Assembly (NCBI GenBank): GCA_035651435.1
Contig: DASRFS010000054.1
Location: 1 to 56,406 of the forward strand
DNA length: 56,406 nucleotides
From: Patescibacteria group bacterium
GTDB taxonomy: Bacteria > Patescibacteriota > Microgenomatia > Levybacterales > UBA12049
Reading direction: 5' to 3'
Shown: positions 48,307 through 56,406 of the stretch, one piece after another
Numbering within the stretch: position 1 is the first letter of the stretch
Layout: each line of letters opens with the position of its first letter
Made by a program: the position numbers and the translations under genes
The notes under the pieces: model-generated
Told to the model about the DNA's origin: nothing
Seen by the model: the letters and a program-made list of their open reading frames with translations, nothing else
Databases searched by the model: none

Positions 48307-49508
48307 AGGGCAAAAAGCAGAATTACCCCAACAATTGTTGATACAACCCCCAACGCGCCAACCGAAAATATTGTGTTTCCGGGCCCGGTTGGAGCTAGGG
48401 TTGGAATCGGAGTAGGGGTTGCAATTGGTATTGGTGTGGCAATAGGGGTCGCCGAGGCGCTTGCTGATGGGCTTGGGACAGTTGCAACCTGGCAAGTTGA
48501 TGATCCGTTAGGGCACGGAGTCGCACTAACTCCACCCGAAGATCCTGAAGCTGAGCTAACTGTTATTGTCTGGGTACATGAAGTACTGCTGCTCACTCCC
48601 CCGGAATTATCCGTAAGGGTCGCCGAAGCTTTAAAAGTTCCTGAGTTCTGGTAAGTGTGGGATGTAGGAAGATTCACCGATTTTGTTCCAATTCCTCCAC
48701 CTGTTGTTACATCTTGTACTTGTCCGTCTCCCCAAGTAAATGTAACCTTGCTTATTGTTCCATCCGAATCAGAACCAGTTGCTGTAAAAGTCAGAGCATA
48801 GGGTGCTGTACCGGTTGCAGATCTATCCAAAGATAGAGTTGTACAAACTGGAATTTGATTTCCTGAGGTCCCTCCGGTTACGGGTGCTGAGCCCGGAGGA
48901 GAGGGTGATACGCCGGAACCTTGTGCAATTGTTACAGTACCTGGAGTCGAGGATGACAAGACGTTTTCATTGAATTGATCGGTTGATGCAATTGAAAGGA
49001 CCTGCGTGTCGGGTCCAAATGCGACTTGAGTCGGCGTCGTGGTTACGTCCAAAGCTTTAAGGGTAAGGGTTGCGACTTTCGTCGTAGTGCTGACTATATT
49101 TTGCGGGTTACTGCCTACGGAAAGAGTCATAGAAATACTGTTCGGCGTGAAGGTCGGACCTTGCAATGTTGTCGGAAAAGAAGAAGTGGGGACAAGAGTA
49201 GCTGATGTCGTAGCCAACTTGGTTGGGTCATATGTAATTGTGAGTTTTACAAAAGATATTTGGTTTGTTCCGGGATTCATCATAACGTCGAAACTTACAT
49301 TTTGCCCGACGGTGGTTGATGCGGCTGGAGATTTTGTGGTCGAGTCTACAAGGGAAAGGGTAGTTGCGGGAGTTGCGCCTACCTTAAGTTTCTGTTGCTG
49401 TTGGACAAGATATACCGTCAGTGGAATGACGACCATTAAAACTACGACAAACCCAAGGAGAAGTAATCTTTTCCCCGATAAGGCCATAAATCCATGGTAT
49501 AGAATCAA
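48303..49508 (-). CDS. Surface protein: N-terminal TM, cohesin-like domain, PKD domain, Pro/Thr linker, C-terminal LAPTG + TM segment
   Basis: VSFDVMMNPGTNQISFVKLTITYDPTKL (cohesin-like), FTATGSDSDGTISKVTFTWGDG...HTYQNSGTFKASATLTDNSG (PKD), tail LAPTGPGNTIFSVGALGVVSTIVGVILLFAL. Alternative start at 49487. Confidence 0.7.
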   Translation of the reverse strand: MILYHGFMALSGKRLLLLGFVVVLMVVIPLTVYLVQQQQKLKVGATPATTLSLVDSTTKSPAASTTVGQNVSFDVMMNPGTNQISFVKLTITYDPTKLATTSATLVPTSSFPTTLQGPTFTPNSISMTLSVGSNPQNIVSTTTKVATLTLKALDVTTTPTQVAFGPDTQVLSIASTDQFNENVLSSSTPGTVTIAQGSGVSPSPPGSAPVTGGTSGNQIPVCTTLSLDRSATGTAPYALTFTATGSDSDGTISKVTFTWGDGQVQDVTTGGGIGTKSVNLPTSHTYQNSGTFKASATLTDNSGGVSSSTSCTQTITVSSASGSSGGVSATPCPNGSSTCQVATVPSPSASASATPIATPIPIATPTPIPTLAPTGPGNTIFSVGALGVVSTIVGVILLFAL

Positions 49509-49538
49509 AAAGCGGGTGTCAAATTAGATTAATACCCC

Positions 49539-49597
49539 TTGACAAGATTATTCGAATTTTGATATAAATTCTAGCAGTCACTTTAAGAGAGTGATAT
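49539..49597 (+). promoter_or_regulatory. groES promoter (TTGACA-18 nt-TATAAA) followed by a degenerate CIRCE-like inverted repeat
   Basis: TTGACA at 49539-49544 and TATAAA at 49563-49568. ctagcagtc-N9-gagtgatat (49571-49597) vs CIRCE TTAGCACTC-N9-GAGTGCTAA, 7 of 9 in each arm. Confidence 0.5.
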
Positions 49598-49612
49598 TTT
49601 TTCGATCAATAT

Positions 49613-51545
<1,933 letters not shown>

Positions 51546-51572
51546 TCCCTCTTTTGCTATCATAACTTCTCC

Positions 51573-52391
51573 ATGAATAAACCTTTGGCCATTTTAATAG
51601 CGTCATTGGTAGCTATCGCAGCTTTCTCTCTGACTGTTTTTATTTTCGGCAAAAATTTAGGAAAGGGAGCCCTACAGGTTACATCAGACCCGGCGAGTAA
51701 AGTTTATCTTGACGGGAAACTAATCGGGCAAACTCCACTTTGTAAATGCGAATTATCCCAGATGCTTTCTTCGGGAGAATATTCCATTAAGCTTATTCCA
51801 ACGGAGGGAAATTCTAATCCTTTCGAAACAAAGCTTAAAATTGAACCCAAAGTCCTTACGGTTGTCGATGGAACTTTTAGCGACGATGGACCGTCCGCTA
51901 GCGTAATAACCCTGTCAAAATTATCCGATAAAAATGATGCAGAGGTCCAGGTTTCTTCTTTTCCTGCCGACGCCCAAGTTTTTCTAGACAGCGGACAGGT
52001 TGGACAAAGCCCAATTCTTCAAAAGAACGTTACCGAGTCTGATCACGAAATAAAACTTATTAAAAAGGGCTACAAGGATAAAATTGTTAGGATACGAACG
52101 GTCAAGGGATACAAACTGGAAACTCTGGTTTTCTTAGGAATAAATCCACAAGATATTACAAATATTTCTTCTCCCTCCGCTTCGATTTCAGTTCAAAAGG
52201 TTTTAATACTGGATACGCCGACCGGGTTTTTGAGAGTTAGAAGCGATCCCTCACTGGGCGGTTCGCAAGTAGGACAAGTCCTCCCTGGAGGAAAATATGA
52301 TTTGCTTAACGAGCAGACCGGTTGGTTTAAAATAAAAGTGAGCGATCAAATCCAGGGTTGGATAAGCTCTCAATACGCCGAAAAACTTTAG
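51573..52391 (+). CDS. Membrane-anchored protein with two PEGA domains and a C-terminal SH3b domain
   Basis: VTSDPASKVYLDGKLIGQTP and SSFPADAQVFLDSGQVGQSP (PEGA). FLRVRSDPSLGGSQVGQVLPGGKYDLLNEQTGWFKIKV (bacterial SH3). Confidence 0.7.
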   Translation: MNKPLAILIASLVAIAAFSLTVFIFGKNLGKGALQVTSDPASKVYLDGKLIGQTPLCKCELSQMLSSGEYSIKLIPTEGNSNPFETKLKIEPKVLTVVDGTFSDDGPSASVITLSKLSDKNDAEVQVSSFPADAQVFLDSGQVGQSPILQKNVTESDHEIKLIKKGYKDKIVRIRTVKGYKLETLVFLGINPQDITNISSPSASISVQKVLILDTPTGFLRVRSDPSLGGSQVGQVLPGGKYDLLNEQTGWFKIKVSDQIQGWISSQYAEKL

Positions 52392-53332
52392 GGGCCGATA
52401 ACGTAGACTATTGTCAAAACGGAAATAATCCAAAGTAAAACCGCAAAAAGAAGAGGCCTATCGGACAACAGGACTCTTTCCGGACTTTCTCCTTCATGTT
52501 TTTCATAAATATCCTGAAGATATCTCATAAGTCCGTAAACCACGGGAAGAATAGTAATCATTAACCATTTCCTTTGCAGAAAAGTTGGTAAAAATTCGGG
52601 AAGAAGAACCCCTAGAGAAATATTAAATCCCTTTGGATTTTCCAAAAAAGTGAAAAGGGAGTAGCTAATAAAAGTGGATGTAGCAAAAATCGAAAGATAA
52701 ACATCCAAAAGTCTTTCGCTATAATGCGACAAAGACTTTCTGGTCGCTGCGATGCTTGCCCCTTGAATTCTTGAAACCAAAGTTAACTCGGATCTTCTTT
52801 TCCCGATTGCCAGGAAAAGTGAAATTGAAATTGTCGTTAGAAGAAGCCAAACTGAAAGATGAATACCGCTTGCAAATTCTCCCGCCAAAACTCTTATTAT
52901 GTATCCCGATGCAATTGCCAATATGTCAATGACCGCAACGCTTTTAAGAAAACTCGAGTACAGAAACTGGATAAAAAGATAAACCAGAAGTACTAAAAAG
53001 AAGGCGGGGGTTACCAAACTTCCCAAAAATATAGATACTGCGGCAAGAATCGTGGCCATAGAAATTCCAACATAAAGCGGAATATCTCTGTGAGCAAGAG
53101 GCCTAAATTTTTTGAACGGGTGTAGCCTATCTTTCTTTAGATCGAAAAGGTCATTTATTATATACGTTGCGGAAGATAGGAGACAGAAGACTATAAATCC
53201 CAGGAAAACTTTATTAAAAGCCTGGGAGTTAAAAAGCTGCCCTGCAAAAACTATTGAGGCAAATATGGAAAAATTTTTAATCCATTGCCTGGGCCTAAGT
53301 AGTCTTAAAATGTCATACAGATGTTTTGCCAT
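52388..53332 (-). CDS. UbiA-family prenyl-phosphate phosphoribosyltransferase (decaprenyl-phosphate PRPP transferase-like)
   Basis: LLRPRQWIKNFSIFASIVFAG N-terminus and NDLFDLKKDRLHP (NDxxDxxxD). Confidence 0.7.
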   Translation of the reverse strand: MAKHLYDILRLLRPRQWIKNFSIFASIVFAGQLFNSQAFNKVFLGFIVFCLLSSATYIINDLFDLKKDRLHPFKKFRPLAHRDIPLYVGISMATILAAVSIFLGSLVTPAFFLVLLVYLFIQFLYSSFLKSVAVIDILAIASGYIIRVLAGEFASGIHLSVWLLLTTISISLFLAIGKRRSELTLVSRIQGASIAATRKSLSHYSERLLDVYLSIFATSTFISYSLFTFLENPKGFNISLGVLLPEFLPTFLQRKWLMITILPVVYGLMRYLQDIYEKHEGESPERVLLSDRPLLFAVLLWIISVLTIVYVIGP

Positions 53333-54383
53333 TTTCTCGATTGATTAAGAATTGCAGGAATAATATTCCTCCAAAAACCAATATTAAAAGCATTATAATT
53401 GCAAACGCTTTACCCTTGCTCGATAGTATAAGAGCAAGCGAGCCCAATATAGCAGAAAAAATCCAGTAAGACAACGCAATATAACGTTGTGAAAGTCCCA
53501 TACTTAAAAGCAAATGATGCAGGTGTCTTTTGTCGTGCCAAAAAGGCGAATGGCCGGACATAAGTCGTCTTAAAACTACAAAAATTCCATCCATCATTGG
53601 GACTCCCATGACAAGAATGGCAGTTGCCAATTTTGCCGAAGAAAGAATGGAGACGACAGCAAGGAGAAGATAAATGGATGTAGCGCTATATCCCGGAAAA
53701 ATTCTTGCCGGATAAAAATTAAATAGAAGAAATCCCAGTGTGGAACCTGCGATTATGAAACTAAGCTTGGCGGCGATTAGGCTTTGGGGGTCAACAATAG
53801 GAAATCTAAGACTCAAAAGTCCTATGACGACGCTTGAAATTGCTACTATTCCGGGCATCTGCCCGTCAACACCCTTGCTCCAATTTAACATGTTCATGAC
53901 CCAAACTATCCAGACTAAAACGATGATATAAGAAATATAGTTTGAAATAGAAGGAAGTAATGGAAGTTTTAACGAACTAAAAAAAAGAATCCCTCCTAAA
54001 GGATTTGTTATGAAAGGAATATTTACCCCAGCTATGATTATCAAAACTGCGCAGACGATATTTACGAAGAATCTAATATACGGGGAGATATCATATTTAT
54101 CATCAAGAAGGCCGATTGCAAGTGAAATAAAACTTGCAAGGAAAATAAGAATTGTTAGTTTGGAAATCGGTAGAAAAACTAAGCTTGCAACTAAAACCCC
54201 GACAAAAATTGGCAGACCTCCTCCTCTTGGAATTGGCTTATTGTGGATTATTCCGGGATGTTTTCTCTTAGGGTCATCCATGAGGTTAAATTTTTTAATG
54301 AGTTTGATTGCAAGAGGCGTAGCAATAACCGTAATGACAAAGGAAATAATAAGTGGAAGCAAAATTGTTAGATCAAAAAACAT
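53313..54383 (-). CDS. Glycosyltransferase family 4 (MraY/WecA-like polyprenyl-phosphate HexNAc-1-P transferase)
   Basis: LLDDKYDISP, NMLNWSKGVDGQ, polytopic, C-terminal HHLLLSMG-type motif. Confidence 0.8.
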   Translation of the reverse strand: MFFDLTILLPLIISFVITVIATPLAIKLIKKFNLMDDPKRKHPGIIHNKPIPRGGGLPIFVGVLVASLVFLPISKLTILIFLASFISLAIGLLDDKYDISPYIRFFVNIVCAVLIIIAGVNIPFITNPLGGILFFSSLKLPLLPSISNYISYIIVLVWIVWVMNMLNWSKGVDGQMPGIVAISSVVIGLLSLRFPIVDPQSLIAAKLSFIIAGSTLGFLLFNFYPARIFPGYSATSIYLLLAVVSILSSAKLATAILVMGVPMMDGIFVVLRRLMSGHSPFWHDKRHLHHLLLSMGLSQRYIALSYWIFSAILGSLALILSSKGKAFAIIMLLILVFGGILFLQFLINRENGKTSV

Positions 54384-54385
54384 GT

Positions 54386-54754
54386 CTAAATTACGGTGTG
54401 AATGGTCCTAATAATAAAGATTAAAACTAAAACAGATACCAGAAAACTTGTTATAGAAAAAAGCCTTGCTATCAGAGGATTCTTTCTATAAAGATAGGAT
54501 GCGAAAAATATATTTGCTGCAAAAATTATTAAGGATAAAACAGATGGTAAAAAAATAAATATTGTTGGAGCGATTCTTTGCTCTCCCCATGGCATTTGAT
54601 TGAAGAGCGGCGTAAATGGGGGTAGCTTCCCAAAAAATAGAATAATTATTAAAACACCAAGAAGGTTTACCGCTAAAATGATTTGCGCGATTTGATAGAT
54701 GATTCTATCAGACTTAAGATTACTAAAAAGTTCTTTCATAGATAATTGCGTCAT
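54386..54754 (-). CDS. Hypothetical 4-TM membrane protein (122 aa)
   Basis: ORF in the glycan operon; overlaps the upstream gene by 32 nt. Confidence 0.5.
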   Translation of the reverse strand: MTQLSMKELFSNLKSDRIIYQIAQIILAVNLLGVLIIILFFGKLPPFTPLFNQMPWGEQRIAPTIFIFLPSVLSLIIFAANIFFASYLYRKNPLIARLFSITSFLVSVLVLIFIIRTIHTVI

Positions 54755-56213
54755 TAATTATTATTTTTTTTGAATAGTTAGATAGGGAGAAAGGGAAAAA
54801 ATTCATATACGGCATTACTATAATTATTTTAGGTTTATGTAGGTTTATATCTCTTTCAGTTTCGGAGATTCCATTTGGGGATCCCGTAATATGATATGCC
54901 ACGGTGTATCTTCCAGGAGGAAGTTTATTAGTCAACTTATAAAGTTGTGCATTGTTTCCCCAAGTAAAAATATAATCTTGGGGCTTTGAATGGGTATTAA
55001 CATACATCGCAAGCTCATAATCGACCGGTGTCGATCGATCAAAAAATCCCTGATATTCAGAAACGCTTTTTTCTCCCATCACAAAAGATAGAAAATTTTC
55101 GTAATACGGGAATACCTTTGTATAAAAAGTGAAGTTTTTCAAAATGATAATTAAAGACACAAGAAGAATAGCTAAAAGAAAAATTCTATATTTTAATGAC
55201 TCTAAAATTATTCCAATTAAAAGCGCGAAGGAAGGAATAAGAACAAGTAGATAGTGTGTGTAGGGTCTTTGGGAGAAGAAAGCGTTAAAAAGAGAAAAAG
55301 AAAACCAAAGTAAAACTAGGGTTGCCCCCATTCCTAGAATTCCTCTTTTCCTGAAAATGTAATAAATGAAAGCCAAGAGAATACTAAGTTTTAATATCAA
55401 GAAGCCTTGGGGAATTAGCAATTTGTTTCCATATCCCACATAGCCAATATTCGATAAGAACGTTGCTTTCAAAAATTGCGAAATAGCGCCGTTTAGAAGA
55501 AAAAATATTGCTGTTAGAAATGGCAGTATTATAAATCCACCAATAAAATAAATAATTTTCTTTACTTCAAAAGCAAGATACCGTCTATTTTTTAAATGTT
55601 CAATTATCCTTCCGTCTATGAAAAGGATAAAAAGTGAAAAAGCCGCAAAATCAAAAACTGCGACTATCTTAAACAGGAATGCTATTCCAAGAAGTAGACC
55701 TGATGAGAAAATTAAAAGAAGGTCTTTATTTTGAGACCTCTGTGAAATAGAACCTGTGATATGGGTTAGGATAAGAGCGGCCGATATGATGGGCAGAAGC
55801 ATAAAATTCTCGGCGTTTGCAATGTTTCCCTCCAGAAGCGGAATAGAAAAAAGAAGAGCGAAAACCGAGGTTGTGATAATCGCAGTTTTGCTTCTATTAA
55901 ATATTCTTTTACAGAGGTGAAAGAAAAGGATAACGGATATTACACCAAAAATTAAAGAAACCAACCGGACAAGAAATTGGTCTGAGTTAAAAATGGAATA
56001 AAGCGTATATAAAAGAGGAGGTTTGTTGTCCCAGATATCTCTATATAAAAGCCTGCCGTTTCTAATAGCAAGTCCTAAGGTTTGATATACTCCTTCGTCG
56101 CCGTACCAATAAGGTTCGAAAAGAGACGGTAATCGAAAGAGAAAAAAAATTGTTGAAGTTACAAGGAGAAACCAAAAACTTTTGTTTTTCTCAAGTTTCC
56201 CCAAAAGCATCAT
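54723..56213 (-). CDS. ArnT/PMT-like GT-C membrane glycosyltransferase
   Basis: YWYGDEGVYQTLGLAI and DNKPPLLYTLY motifs in the first loops; about 12 TM segments. Confidence 0.7.
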   Translation of the reverse strand: MMLLGKLEKNKSFWFLLVTSTIFFLFRLPSLFEPYWYGDEGVYQTLGLAIRNGRLLYRDIWDNKPPLLYTLYSIFNSDQFLVRLVSLIFGVISVILFFHLCKRIFNRSKTAIITTSVFALLFSIPLLEGNIANAENFMLLPIISAALILTHITGSISQRSQNKDLLLIFSSGLLLGIAFLFKIVAVFDFAAFSLFILFIDGRIIEHLKNRRYLAFEVKKIIYFIGGFIILPFLTAIFFLLNGAISQFLKATFLSNIGYVGYGNKLLIPQGFLILKLSILLAFIYYIFRKRGILGMGATLVLLWFSFSLFNAFFSQRPYTHYLLVLIPSFALLIGIILESLKYRIFLLAILLVSLIIILKNFTFYTKVFPYYENFLSFVMGEKSVSEYQGFFDRSTPVDYELAMYVNTHSKPQDYIFTWGNNAQLYKLTNKLPPGRYTVAYHITGSPNGISETERDINLHKPKIIIVMPYMNFFPFSLSNYSKKIIINDAIIYERTF

Positions 56214-56406
56214 ACTTTTTCTGTCACTTTGTATTCTATTCTTTTTCCAAGCATTAGGGTAGTATGCGAGAGAATGGCAGGCAGCGTAGAAAGGAAAAAT
56301 CCTACAAACGGCAAAAGTAAGAATTCTAATGGAAATAAAAACTTCCTAACTCTCGAGTGGCTGAGTTTCGGATTATTTTTAAAATCAATTACGATCATCG
56401 ACATTA
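56210..56406 (-). CDS. C-terminal fragment of a membrane protein, possibly a GT2 polyprenyl-phosphate glycosyltransferase (N-terminus beyond the window end)
   Basis: ORF open to the window edge and overlapping the downstream ArnT-like gene start by 4 nt. The family call rests on context only. Confidence 0.3.
   Translation of the reverse strand, partial: MSMIVIDFKNNPKLSHSRVRKFLFPLEFLLLPFVGFFLSTLPAILSHTTLMLGKRIEYKVTEKV

Noticed and set aside
54010-54411. 133-aa + strand ORF inside the GT4 gene
   Set aside because: Antisense to a conserved MraY/WecA-like gene.

Overview
AT-rich, tightly packed bacterial chromosomal segment using the standard code (TGA, TAA and TAG all act as stops in clearly conserved genes). 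The gene content suggests a small-genome Patescibacteria/CPR-like organism, but that is inference from content only. It includes short housekeeping proteins, type IV pilus parts, many GT-C membrane glycosyltransferases, Pro/Thr-rich surface proteins and few Shine-Dalgarno sites.

Core genes, in order:
- Start to 8.2 kb: rplY (partial), ruvC, an MBL-fold hydrolase, purB-HAD-purA, dnaG-rpoD.
- 20.5-38 kb: an ECF sigma operon, a copper homeostasis operon (ArsR-YHS regulator, cupredoxin-like protein, CopA, permease-cupredoxin fusion, CopZ), an MFS exporter, a GH57-like enzyme, Ni-superoxide dismutase plus its SodX protease, FemAB, PcrA, TpiA.
- 38-56.4 kb: LCP plus two GT-C transferases, a pilN/pilO-like operon with a surface protein, rpsT, murJ, lepA, a cohesin/PKD surface protein, groES-groEL, a PEGA/SH3 protein, and a polyprenyl-phosphate glycan cluster (UbiA/DPPR-synthase-like, GT4, ArnT-like, GT2).

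The accessory part lies between about 8.2 and 20.5 kb:
- An ORFan block containing a nucleotidyltransferase-fold protein.
- A tRNA-Asn(GUU) whose 3-prime half is overlapped by the end of a large serine recombinase gene.
- An integrated element of about 5.3 kb carrying only ORFans, four small membrane proteins and an XRE repressor with near-palindromic operators.
- A decayed tRNA 3-prime-half remnant that probably marks the far junction of that element.
- A cassette-like gene array in which each unit ends in the same ~30 nt motif containing the stop codon.

No CRISPR array, reverse transcriptase, rRNA or transposase was seen. All functional calls come from reading motifs in the translations; no database search was possible.
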